From a bacterium (GTDB lineage Bacteria > Chloroflexota > Dormibacteria > Aeolococcales > Bog-877): a DNA stretch of 52,398 bases. The notes beneath the pieces are model-generated. The model did not search any database. It was not told the origin of the DNA and saw only the letters and a list, made by a program, of their open reading frames with translations. Positions 9,436-17,881 of this stretch are shown here, in pieces (position 1 is the stretch's first letter; each line of letters begins with the position of its first letter). Both the position numbers and the translations under genes were made by a program. The DNA is taken from assembly GCA_021809895.1 (NCBI GenBank), contig JAJZJU010000002.1:1-52398 (forward strand). Direction: 5' to 3'.

Positions 9436-11106
9436 ATGGAAAAGAGCCAGCGCAGAACCGGGGACGGTCGCGGCCCGGCAGAGGGTCGGGGCTTCCTGGG
9501 GCGGCTGCACGATCTTCTGGAGGAGAGCCTGGCGGGGCGCCGCCTGGTCCCAGTCCCGATTCCGGCTGGTGCTGAGGGAGCCTATCGGCCCCGTCTGACC
9601 CCGCCCGCCGAGATGTCCTTTCATCGAGTCTTCGGGCGGCGCAAGGATGAGGAGCGGGAGCGCGAGGAAGCAGCGGCGGACCAGGGTTCGGATGAGCAGC
9701 CCACTCCAGAGGCTGACGCTGCCGCCGACGCTGCGGATGACCTCGGCGGCACCGGGTCCGACCAGGCCGCGTCGGACCTCTCCGACGCAGACGGGACCGA
9801 CCTGACCGACTCCTCAGGGGAGTCGCCGGCCGAGTCCGTGGCAGCCGAGGACGAGAACGCAGTCGCGGCCGACCCAGATCCCTGGTCTGGGCAGGCCATG
9901 ACCGATCCCTTCACGTTCCCGCCGAATGCGGAGGCGACCGAGCTTCCTGCCTGGACCCCGAGCCCGCTCTCGGGGACCGGCTTCCCATCCTTTGAGACGA
10001 CGCCGGCGACGGAGAGTTCGGAGACGTCTCCTTGGTCCGGGGGGTTCGGCGTGGAGGAGGAGGCGCCCGCGCCAGCTGAGTTCTCCGGGGTGAGCTCGGA
10101 AGCACAAGCCTGGCCGCCCAGCTCGGCGGAGGGCGGTGGCCAGCTTTGGTCGGCCGCCGGTGACGAACAGGATGAAGGAGGCTCCTCCGCACTGGGCGCA
10201 GAGGAGGAGCCGACCCAGCCGGTGGCAGCCCCGGACTATCCCGGGCAGGCTGATGAGGGTGGGTACCAACCGCCGGAGTTGGTGGAGACACGGGAGGAGG
10301 GGGTCGGTATGGAGGCGAGCGACGAGACCGTCCAGGGCGAACCTGGTGATCTGCAGCCATTTGAGCCGGACCAGCTGCCCGAGGTGGTGGCGGTGTCGGA
10401 GACGGCTTGGGCCGTCTCGTCCACGGGAGCTGGCTACCAGGCGGTGGACGAGCCTGAGATCCCTGAGGCCGTGGTCGTGGACAGTGCCAGGACATTTCCG
10501 CTGCCCGAGGGCGAGTTGCTCTTCCGCAACCTAAGCGTCGGCTTCACCGATCCCGCCAGGCTGCTACGCCACCTGGCGGGCGAGGGGCACACCGGGGTCA
10601 TGCATGTCGCATCCCCCGATGGGCGCAACACCTACATCGTCTTGGTGGACGGCTATGTGGTGGCGGTGGCTTCGGACTCTCAGGGTCGCCTCAGCACCTC
10701 GAGCAGGGTGTCCTTCCCGGCCTTCCCCAACAGCCAGGACATCATCACAGTCGTCAGCTATTCCGCCGAGATAGCTCGCGGCCTGGGGCTGCTGTTGCAC
10801 GCTCCGGTCCACTTCTCGGGGCTGGGGGCGATGTTCGTGGATCTGGACGGGTTGCGCAGCTTTCTCACCAAGCGCTCCGCCTCCGGCGGCCTGGTGGTGG
10901 AGTCGGCCACGGGCACCGGCGTCGCCCTCTTCGACGAGGGTCGGCTGGTGGGTGCCTACTCCGGGGCCTCTGTGCCCGAGGAGGATCTGGCTCCACTCAG
11001 GGAGTTGATCAAGGATCTCGACGCCGAGATCGACGTCAGGTTCGGTGGGCCACACTCGTTGGAGCCGATCCCGCTGGAGACTCTCCTGGCCGGCTATTCC
11101 TTGTGA
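9436..11106 (+). CDS. Acidic, largely disordered protein with two C-terminal DUF4388-like repeats (tentative)
   Basis: AGGAG sits 9 nt upstream of ATG 9436. About 300 aa are D/E/P/S/T/A-rich with scattered Trp/Phe. The C-terminus carries LLRHLAGEGHTGVMHVASPDGRNTYIVLVDGYVVAV and LRSFLTKRSASGGLVVESATGTGVALFDEGRLVGAY, which resemble the DUF4388 pattern. No TM helix. Confidence 0.65.
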   Translation: MEKSQRRTGDGRGPAEGRGFLGRLHDLLEESLAGRRLVPVPIPAGAEGAYRPRLTPPAEMSFHRVFGRRKDEEREREEAAADQGSDEQPTPEADAAADAADDLGGTGSDQAASDLSDADGTDLTDSSGESPAESVAAEDENAVAADPDPWSGQAMTDPFTFPPNAEATELPAWTPSPLSGTGFPSFETTPATESSETSPWSGGFGVEEEAPAPAEFSGVSSEAQAWPPSSAEGGGQLWSAAGDEQDEGGSSALGAEEEPTQPVAAPDYPGQADEGGYQPPELVETREEGVGMEASDETVQGEPGDLQPFEPDQLPEVVAVSETAWAVSSTGAGYQAVDEPEIPEAVVVDSARTFPLPEGELLFRNLSVGFTDPARLLRHLAGEGHTGVMHVASPDGRNTYIVLVDGYVVAVASDSQGRLSTSSRVSFPAFPNSQDIITVVSYSAEIARGLGLLLHAPVHFSGLGAMFVDLDGLRSFLTKRSASGGLVVESATGTGVALFDEGRLVGAYSGASVPEEDLAPLRELIKDLDAEIDVRFGGPHSLEPIPLETLLAGYSL

Positions 11107-11906
11107 GCTCGGACTCCGAACCTGGAGGGGAACGAGAGCCCGGTGACAGCCGGGAGCAGTTCGCGCGAGTGGCGGAGGCCTACCGGACCAGCCGCACCCA
11201 CTCCGATCCGGTCTCCTTGGCGAAGTTCATCTCCATCTGCGATCTCAAGGCGAATCACAAAGTCCTCGATGTGGCGACCGGAGCCGGCCATGTGGCCATG
11301 GCCGCGGCCCCCCTGGTGCGCGAGGTGGTGGCCCTCGACCTGACCGAGGCGATGCTGGAGCAGGCCCGCACCCTGGCGGCTTCTCGCGAGGCTCGCAACG
11401 TCACCTTCGTATTGGCCAACGCCGAGCAGCTGCCGTTTCCAGCGGAGACGTTCGACCGGGTGCTGGTGCGATCGGCGCCTCACCACTTCCATCAGTTGTT
11501 CCCGGCCCTCGCGGAGGCGTACAGGGTGCTCGTCCCAGGCGGCGCCTTCGTGGTCAGCGACTGCTCGCCCCCGCCGGTTGTGCGGGACTGGCTGGAGGTG
11601 GTCGAGGTGGGCAGGGATCCATCCCACGTTCGCAGCCGCGCGCTGGAGGAGTGGCGGGCATTGCTCCAGGCCCTGGGCTTCACGGTCGAGCACGCTGAGC
11701 GGATCGAGCAGGAGAAGGACATCCTGGACTGGTTCCAAGTGGCGGGGGTCAGCTCGAAGGACCGCCAACGGCTGCTCGACTACTACGAGACCGCCCCGGC
11801 CGCCATTGCCGGCCAGCTCACGCCCCAGTGGCGCGAGGGCCGCTTCTATCACCGCTACTGGCACGCCATGATTCGCGCCCGGCGGCCGCTCCAGCCGATC
11901 TTCTGA
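11103..11906 (+). CDS. Class I SAM-dependent methyltransferase (Methyltransf_11-like)
   Basis: Motif I is VLDVATGAGHVA, and FDRVLVRSAPHHF follows. The GTG start overlaps the upstream stop (GTGA at 11103-11106). Confidence 0.85.
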   Translation: MSSDSEPGGEREPGDSREQFARVAEAYRTSRTHSDPVSLAKFISICDLKANHKVLDVATGAGHVAMAAAPLVREVVALDLTEAMLEQARTLAASREARNVTFVLANAEQLPFPAETFDRVLVRSAPHHFHQLFPALAEAYRVLVPGGAFVVSDCSPPPVVRDWLEVVEVGRDPSHVRSRALEEWRALLQALGFTVEHAERIEQEKDILDWFQVAGVSSKDRQRLLDYYETAPAAIAGQLTPQWREGRFYHRYWHAMIRARRPLQPIF

Positions 11907-11930
11907 TCGAGTCTGGGTTAACCTGAGCGG

Positions 11931-12305
11931 GTGCCCGAACCGATCGACCTGAGCGGTGTCCATCGTGAGCTCGACCAGCTCAAGCGCCAGCTCTGTCACT
12001 GCCAGCTGAGGGGCGAGTGCCTGGGCTGCAAGGGGATCGAGATGATCCGCCAGCAACTGGAGGCGGTGTCGGCCGCCGCCTCCCAGCCGGTTCTTCTGCA
12101 GGTGGCTCAGGAGACCGCGGCCAAGGACATGATGGACCAGTTCTCCAAGATGCAGGAGCGGCTTATGGGGGATCCCCAGATCCGCCAGGCCGCCGAGGCG
12201 TTCCAGGAACGGCTGCTCGAGGATCCCGAGGCCCGTCGCATGATCGAGGACCTCATGCGGCGTCTCGGGGAGGCAGGGGAAGAGGAGCCGGGACCACCCT
12301 CGTGA
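11931..12305 (+). CDS. Small helical protein with an N-terminal Cys4 cluster (C-x-C-x6-C-x2-C); unknown function
   Basis: Contains LCHCQLRGECLGCKG followed by an acidic helical region. G/C third-position bias is coding-like. Its stop overlaps the GTG start of the next gene (GTGA at 12302-12305). Confidence 0.55.
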   Translation: MPEPIDLSGVHRELDQLKRQLCHCQLRGECLGCKGIEMIRQQLEAVSAAASQPVLLQVAQETAAKDMMDQFSKMQERLMGDPQIRQAAEAFQERLLEDPEARRMIEDLMRRLGEAGEEEPGPPS

Positions 12306-13192
12306 CCAGGCTGCGTCGATCGGTCCTGATCTGTCCCGGCAACAACGCGAGAATGGTGGCCAAGGCCGCCACCCTCCCCGCCGACGAGGTGGTGCTCGAC
12401 CTCGAGGACGCGGTGGCGGCGGACGAGGACACCCACCGCAGGGCGCGCGTGGAACTGGCGTCCCTGCTTGAGTCCATCGATTTCGGGGCCAGGTCTGTCG
12501 CGGTACGCATCAATGGCGTGGGGGGTGCCCTGGCCCTGCAGGATCTTCTGGAGCTGGTCCCCCGGGTGGGCAGCAGAATCTCCTCACTGGTGGTCCCCAA
12601 GGTGTCCCACCCTTCGGAGGTCGGGTTCGTGGAGCACTGCCTGGACGCCCTCGAGCAGCCCGGATCCCCTCGGCTGGGGCTGGAGATCCAGATAGAGGAC
12701 GCGGCTGGACTGGAGGCGGTCTCCGAACTTGCGGCCAGCTCCTCGCGTCTTCAGGCTCTCATCTTCGGGCCGGGAGACTTCGCCGCCTCCATGGGCATGC
12801 CCCAGGTAGCCATCGGCACTCCTGCCGAGGGCTACCCGGGAGATGTGTGGCACTACCCGCTCTTCCGGATCGCGGTGGCAGCCAGGGCCAGGGGGCTGCA
12901 GGTGATAGACGGGCCCTACGCTCTGCTGGGCGACCCCTCAGGGCTGGAGTCAGCCTGCCGAAGGGCTGCCGCTCTCGGCGTGGACGGCAAGTGGGCCATC
13001 CATCCCGACCAGCTGGCCACGATCAACTCGGCCTTCACCCCCTCGCCCGCTCAGGTCGCTCGCGCCCGAGATGTGCTGGGGGCGCTGGGAGCCCGGGGTG
13101 GGGCGTCGCGCCTGGGCCAGGAGATGGTTGACGAGGCCAATCGCAGGATGGCGGAGATGGTGCTGGCTCGGTCGCGGGGAGATGAGGAGTGA
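12302..13192 (+). CDS. HpcH/HpaI aldolase / citrate lyase beta-like (CitE-like acyl-CoA lyase)
   Basis: RSVLICPGNNARMVAKAATLPADEVVLDLEDAV, VRINGV and IHPDQL are CitE/malyl-CoA lyase family motifs. The first 95 aa of the 391-aa track ORF overlap the previous gene out of frame, so they were trimmed. Confidence 0.85.
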   Translation: MTRLRRSVLICPGNNARMVAKAATLPADEVVLDLEDAVAADEDTHRRARVELASLLESIDFGARSVAVRINGVGGALALQDLLELVPRVGSRISSLVVPKVSHPSEVGFVEHCLDALEQPGSPRLGLEIQIEDAAGLEAVSELAASSSRLQALIFGPGDFAASMGMPQVAIGTPAEGYPGDVWHYPLFRIAVAARARGLQVIDGPYALLGDPSGLESACRRAAALGVDGKWAIHPDQLATINSAFTPSPAQVARARDVLGALGARGGASRLGQEMVDEANRRMAEMVLARSRGDEE

Positions 13193-14340
13193 TGGAGGAG
13201 CCGGCAGGTCCGACCTCGAGGGCTGCGATCTCGACCAGGGTCGTCCAGGGGTCACAGTTTCTGGACGAGCAAACCGGGGCGCTGGCCCCTCCGCTCGTGG
13301 TCTCAGCCACCTTCAATCACGCCAACCCCCAGGGGCTCAGCTATGGGAGAGACCACAACCCCACCTGGACCCTGCTGGAGCGCGCGGTCGCGGATCTGGA
13401 GGAGGCGACCGACGGGGTGGCGTTCAGCTCGGGGATGGCCGGTGTGGCTGCGGTCCTGGAGCTGGTGCCGGACCGGGGTGTGGTGGTGCTGGCGCGGGAT
13501 TCCTACACCGGCAGCCGGCTGCTCCTGCGCGACCTCGCCGGGCAAGGAAGGTGCGAGGTGCGCCTGGTCGACGCCACCGACCTGACTGCGGTCACGGCTG
13601 CTGTGGAGGGGGCTGCCCTGCTCTTTGTGGAGACCCTGGGCAATCCGCTTCTCTCGGTGCCGGACCTGCTCGGCTGCTCCCGGGCGGCCCACGCCCAGGG
13701 CGCCCTCCTGGCTGTCGACAACACCCTGGCGACACCCCTGCTCTGCCGGCCGCTGGAACTCGGAGCGGACCTCGTGGTTCATTCCGCTTCCAAGTACATC
13801 GGTGGTCACGACGACCTCATTTTGGGGTTGGTCCTGACCAGGGCAACGGAGCTGGCCGAGCGCCTTCGCCATCTCCGCACCAGCCGGGGTGGATGCCCCG
13901 GCCAGCTGGAGGCGTGGCTGGCTCTGCGTGGGCTGCGCACCTTGGACGTGAGACTGCGACGCCAGACTGAGAATGCGAGCTGGCTGGCCGGGCGGCTCGC
14001 CCAACGAGGGGCGGTCAGCCGGGTCCACTATCCGGGCTTGGCGGAGCACCACCAGCACGCCCTGGCCAAGAGCCGATTCAGCTCCGGATTCGGAGCCATG
14101 ATCTCGATCGAGCTGGAGGCCGATGCGGCCACCACCGAGCGCTTCTGCTCGGCCACCAGGATCTGGGCCAACGCCACCAGCCTGGGCTCGGTGGGGTCAC
14201 TGCTGGAGCGGCGCGGGCGCTGGGAAGGGGAGGAGTACCTTCCCGCCGGGCTGGTCCGTCTCTCGGTGGGGATCGAGGACAGAGCGGATCTGCTGTCAGA
14301 TCTCGATCAGGCACTCTCCGCGGCGGGACTTGCCGGGTGA
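13189..14340 (+). CDS. Cys/Met-metabolism PLP-dependent enzyme (cystathionine gamma-synthase/gamma-lyase family)
   Basis: Has YGRDHNPTW, VHSASKYIGGHDD (PLP lysine) and SLGSVGSLLE. The start overlaps the CitE-like stop. Confidence 0.9.
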   Translation: MMEEPAGPTSRAAISTRVVQGSQFLDEQTGALAPPLVVSATFNHANPQGLSYGRDHNPTWTLLERAVADLEEATDGVAFSSGMAGVAAVLELVPDRGVVVLARDSYTGSRLLLRDLAGQGRCEVRLVDATDLTAVTAAVEGAALLFVETLGNPLLSVPDLLGCSRAAHAQGALLAVDNTLATPLLCRPLELGADLVVHSASKYIGGHDDLILGLVLTRATELAERLRHLRTSRGGCPGQLEAWLALRGLRTLDVRLRRQTENASWLAGRLAQRGAVSRVHYPGLAEHHQHALAKSRFSSGFGAMISIELEADAATTERFCSATRIWANATSLGSVGSLLERRGRWEGEEYLPAGLVRLSVGIEDRADLLSDLDQALSAAGLAG

Positions 14341-15026
14341 GCGCCGACTGAGGTGAGCGCCCCCACCAGGGTCAGGATCGCCTCCCGGACCTGGTCCAGA
14401 TCTAGCTGAGGGCCGGCCACCGCCCACTCCACCACCACCCCGTCCAGGAGCATCGCGATCGCGCGGGACAGGGCGGCCGTCGCGATCCTCTCTGGGAGGA
14501 CCCCCTCTGAGACCCGCTCCGCCAGGAAGGCCTCTATGAAGCCGGTGATCACCTCGCGGCGGAGCCGCAATGAGTTGCGCACGACCTCGTTTGTCGGGGC
14601 CTCCGCCATCGCCCCCAGGAGGAGCCCGGCGCCGCCGTCGCTGCCCAGCCGGTCCAGGTAGAAGTCGACGGCGTGCTCCAGCCAAAGTTGGGGATCTGAG
14701 ATGAGCTTGAGCTCATTGCGCAGCCCCTCCGCCTCCGCCTTGGCCTCGGCGGTGCAGATGGTGGTGTACAGCTCGGCCTTGCCTGTGAAGTAGCGGTAGA
14801 GAAGCCCGACGGAGATTCCACACTCGGAGGCGATCTCGGGGACGCTGGTCCCCTGCAGCCCCGACCGGGCGAAGGCCCTCGCGGCCCCCTCCAAGATCCG
14901 TTGGCGGACCTGGTCAGCGTGCCCGGACGCTCGCTCTGCGACTTCCCGCGAGACGATGACCACACCTCCTGCCTCTGGTGCCTGCTGCACCTGATACCCT
15001 GTGAGTCTACATGAATGAACATTCAT
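14307..15026 (-). CDS. TetR/AcrR family transcriptional regulator
   Basis: The HTH is RQRILEGAARAFARSGLQGTSVPEIASECGISVGLLYRYFTGKAELY. It is divergent from the MMPL gene. The 3' end overlaps the convergent PLP-enzyme gene by 34 nt. The start ATG 15026 lies inside the palindrome, so the transcript may be leaderless. Confidence 0.85.
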   Translation of the reverse strand: MNVHSCRLTGYQVQQAPEAGGVVIVSREVAERASGHADQVRQRILEGAARAFARSGLQGTSVPEIASECGISVGLLYRYFTGKAELYTTICTAEAKAEAEGLRNELKLISDPQLWLEHAVDFYLDRLGSDGGAGLLLGAMAEAPTNEVVRNSLRLRREVITGFIEAFLAERVSEGVLPERIATAALSRAIAMLLDGVVVEWAVAGPQLDLDQVREAILTLVGALTSVGAHPASPAAESA

Positions 15027-15031
15027 TCATG
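15010..15031. promoter_or_regulatory. AT-rich perfect inverted repeat; candidate TetR operator in the TetR/MMPL divergent region
   Basis: CATGAATGAA-CA-TTCATTCATG has 10-bp perfect arms. It is a strikingly AT-rich 22-mer in a GC-rich genome and lies between, and overlapping, the divergent starts. Confidence 0.6.
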
Positions 15032-15069
15032 CACGTCGCCACAGTCCGAGCGTCCGAAGGGAAGAGCTG

Positions 15070-17349
15070 ATGTTTCACCGGCTGGGCAGATTCACCTACA
15101 GGCATCGGAGGGTGATCCCCGTCGCTGCAGTGGGCCTCATGGCGGTCATGCTGGGACTCTCCATCCCCTTAGGCGGCCAGCTCTCGGCGGGCGGGTTCTC
15201 GGTCCCGGGCTCCCAGAGCCAGCGCGCCACCGAGCTGCTTGCCAAGTACTTCGGAGCGGCCAAGACCCAGCTGCTGCTGGTGTACCGGAGTCCAAGCGCG
15301 AACGCGGCGAGCCCGGCGGTGCAGCGAGCCGTCGACCGCAGCTTCAGTCGCCTGGCGCAGCGACCCCAGGTGGCCAGCGTGCTTGACTACAGCAACACCA
15401 AGGACCCTGTGTTCATCGGTGCCAAGGGCCACGACACCTTCGCCGTCATCAACCTCAGGCTCGGAGAGACGGCGGCCACCAACCAGCTGGCCTCTCTGCA
15501 GTCATACATCGCCCGGCCCGCGGGGCTGCACATGTGGGTCACCGGCGCTCCTGCCATCGACGCCCTCTACAACAGCGCCCTGGAGCAGCAGTTGAAGCGG
15601 GCGGAGGTGATTGCCCTGCCGGTCTCGCTGCTGCTTTTGCTCTTGGTGTTCGGGTCGGTGGTGGCGGCTCTGCTGCCCCTTCTGATCGCGGGGCTGGCGG
15701 TGCCGACCGCCCTGGCCGTCATCGGCATCCTGGCCGCTCACTTCGGGATGTCCATCTTCGTCACCAACGTGGCCACCATCATCGGCCTGGGGCTGGCGAT
15801 CGACTACTCGCTCTTCTTTGTCAAGCGATTCCGCGAAGAGCTGGGTCAAGCCGGGGTGGCGGGCGCGGTGGAGGCGGCCACCGCCAGTGCCGGCAAGGCG
15901 GTCGCGATCTCAGGAACAGCGGTCGCCGTGGGTCTGAGTTCGCTTACCCTGTTCCCGGCCTCGGCCCTGCGCAGCATGGGGATAGGCGGGGTGGTGGTGG
16001 TGGCCTGCACCCTGCTGTTCGCCCTCACAGCCCTACCTGCGATCCTGTCAGTGCTGGGCACTCGAATCAACAAGTTCAGCATCCGGCGGAGCCTCCACCG
16101 GGCCAGCCGTCCGGCCGATCACCACTCCAGCTTCTGGGGCTGGGTGGCGGAGCGGGTGATGCGCCACCCGGTCCTGATCGCCCTCCCCACGGTGGTGGTG
16201 CTGCTGGTCGCCGGGACGCCGTTTTTGAGCCTGCGGCTCTCCACCGGCAGCAGCGTGAGCGAGATCCCCCAGGGGCCGGCGCGTACCGGCTACGCCCTGC
16301 TAAACCACGCCTTCCCTCAGGCGGGAGGGGTTGACGATATGGGGCTGGTCGTGGCCTACCGTCAGTCGCTGCGAGGCAGGCTGTCGGCCTCCCAGGAAGT
16401 GCAGCTCGCTGGCTACCTGAGCCGCCTGCGGGCCATCCCCGGGGTGGAGGCCCTGCAGGGGGTGCTGACGCCGCCCCCTGGTATGGGCCAGGCCGGGTAT
16501 CTCCATCTGCTCCAGCTGGCTCCCTCCCAGCGGCCGACGGCGGTCAATCGATACATCGCCTCCAACGTGGCGGGCCCGATCGCTCAGGTGGAGGTGGCCG
16601 ACAGCTACGGCCCTGACTCCAAGGCGGGGGCGGCGCTGGTGGGTCACATCCGCGCGGTCGCAGGCCCACCCGGGACGACCGCCCTCCTAACCGGCGGCGC
16701 CGCCCAGTCGGTCGACTTCATAAACGCCTTCGCCGCAACCATCCCCTGGGCCGTCCTGCTGGTGGTGGCCGTCACCATGCTGGTGCTCTTCCTCACCTTT
16801 GGGTCGGTGGTGCTCCCGATCAAGGCGGTGCTCATGAGCATGATCTCGATCAGCGCCGCCTTCGGGGCGATGGTCTGGATCTTCCAGCAGGGGCACCTAT
16901 CCAACATTTTGGGGTTCACTGCGCCGGGTTCGATCACGGCCACCGATCCCGTCCTGATGTTCGCCATCATCTTCGGGCTATCGATGGACTACGAGGTCTT
17001 CTTGCTCACCAGGATCCGGGAGCGCTACCTGGAGACTGGCGACAACCGCCGGTCGGTGGCCGAGGGGCTGGCCGCAACCGGCGGGGTGATCAGCTCCGCG
17101 GCTCTCATCATGATCACCGTGTTCGCGGCCTTCGCCCTCGGGCATGTCCTCGACATCCAGATCCTGGGGGTGGGGATGGCGATAGCGGTCGCCGTCGACG
17201 CCACCCTGGTGCGGGGGGTGGTGGTCCCGGCCCTGATGCGGATCCTGGGCGATGCCAACTGGTGGGCGCCGCGGGGGGTCAGGTCATGGATTTCCCGGCT
17301 GGGCTTCTACGAGGACTCGAAGTCGGAGATGGAGCGGAAACCAGTCTGA
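15070..17349 (+). CDS. MMPL family (RND superfamily) membrane transporter
   Basis: At 759 aa it has two 6-TM bundles with the typical MMPL N-terminus MFHRLGRFTYRHRRVIPVAAV and the repeated IDYSLFF / MDYEVFLLTRIRE motifs. The RBS GAAGGGAAGAG lies upstream. Confidence 0.9.
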   Translation: MFHRLGRFTYRHRRVIPVAAVGLMAVMLGLSIPLGGQLSAGGFSVPGSQSQRATELLAKYFGAAKTQLLLVYRSPSANAASPAVQRAVDRSFSRLAQRPQVASVLDYSNTKDPVFIGAKGHDTFAVINLRLGETAATNQLASLQSYIARPAGLHMWVTGAPAIDALYNSALEQQLKRAEVIALPVSLLLLLLVFGSVVAALLPLLIAGLAVPTALAVIGILAAHFGMSIFVTNVATIIGLGLAIDYSLFFVKRFREELGQAGVAGAVEAATASAGKAVAISGTAVAVGLSSLTLFPASALRSMGIGGVVVVACTLLFALTALPAILSVLGTRINKFSIRRSLHRASRPADHHSSFWGWVAERVMRHPVLIALPTVVVLLVAGTPFLSLRLSTGSSVSEIPQGPARTGYALLNHAFPQAGGVDDMGLVVAYRQSLRGRLSASQEVQLAGYLSRLRAIPGVEALQGVLTPPPGMGQAGYLHLLQLAPSQRPTAVNRYIASNVAGPIAQVEVADSYGPDSKAGAALVGHIRAVAGPPGTTALLTGGAAQSVDFINAFAATIPWAVLLVVAVTMLVLFLTFGSVVLPIKAVLMSMISISAAFGAMVWIFQQGHLSNILGFTAPGSITATDPVLMFAIIFGLSMDYEVFLLTRIRERYLETGDNRRSVAEGLAATGGVISSAALIMITVFAAFALGHVLDIQILGVGMAIAVAVDATLVRGVVVPALMRILGDANWWAPRGVRSWISRLGFYEDSKSEMERKPV

Positions 17350-17388
17350 GACCTTCCCGGACGGGCTGACTTTGCGCGAGATCGCGAT

Positions 17389-17745
17389 ATGGTTGATAAT
17401 TCGCCTGTGATCATGAGCACCCAGGAGATGATCGACAGACGCGCCCAGCTACGCCGCCTCGACGACATCCTGGAGGCGTTGGAGCAGCTCAACCTGACCG
17501 AGGCGTCGCAGTTGCCGGAGCGGCTGCTGCGGTCGCTGGCCGCCCACGAGATCCAGGTGGAGGATGGGGTGGAGGTCAAGGTGCTCATCGAAAGAGTCTG
17601 GCAAAAGCAGGAGGGGCACATGCTCAGCCCCCGCCAGGAACGCAGGCGCACCAGTACGCGTCGGGTCCACCCGCGTCGCCCGCCGGGCCACGACGTGATC
17701 GAGAGCATCCTTCGGCAGGGAGGTCGGGCGCAGGTTTCCGACTGA
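17389..17745 (+). CDS. Small hypothetical protein (helical N-terminal part, Arg-rich tail)
   Basis: G/C third-position bias is strong in this frame. The sequence is STQEMIDRRAQLRRLDDILEALEQLNLTEASQLPERLL.... No family recognised. The start could be ATG 17413. The overlapping minus-strand 193-aa ORF looks spurious (Arg/Ser-rich). Confidence 0.5.
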   Translation: MVDNSPVIMSTQEMIDRRAQLRRLDDILEALEQLNLTEASQLPERLLRSLAAHEIQVEDGVEVKVLIERVWQKQEGHMLSPRQERRRTSTRRVHPRRPPGHDVIESILRQGGRAQVSD

Positions 17746-17881
17746 CGCTGCGGCTGGGCCTGCCTCGCACTCCCGAGATCGAGTTCAGGCCCGTCTGGCT
17801 CCGCACTACCCCGCCGCCGCGAGGCAGATCGCGAGTGCGGGATGATGGTGCCCAGTTGTTGACAGAAGGAGGCCCAGAGTC

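Noticed and set aside
17859-17864. A perfect TTGACA hexamer upstream of the proline dehydrogenase gene, considered as a -35 promoter box.
   Set aside because: It lies only 18 nt before the TTG start and immediately abuts the AAGGAGG ribosome binding site, which leaves no room for a -10 box and a leader. The match is probably coincidental.
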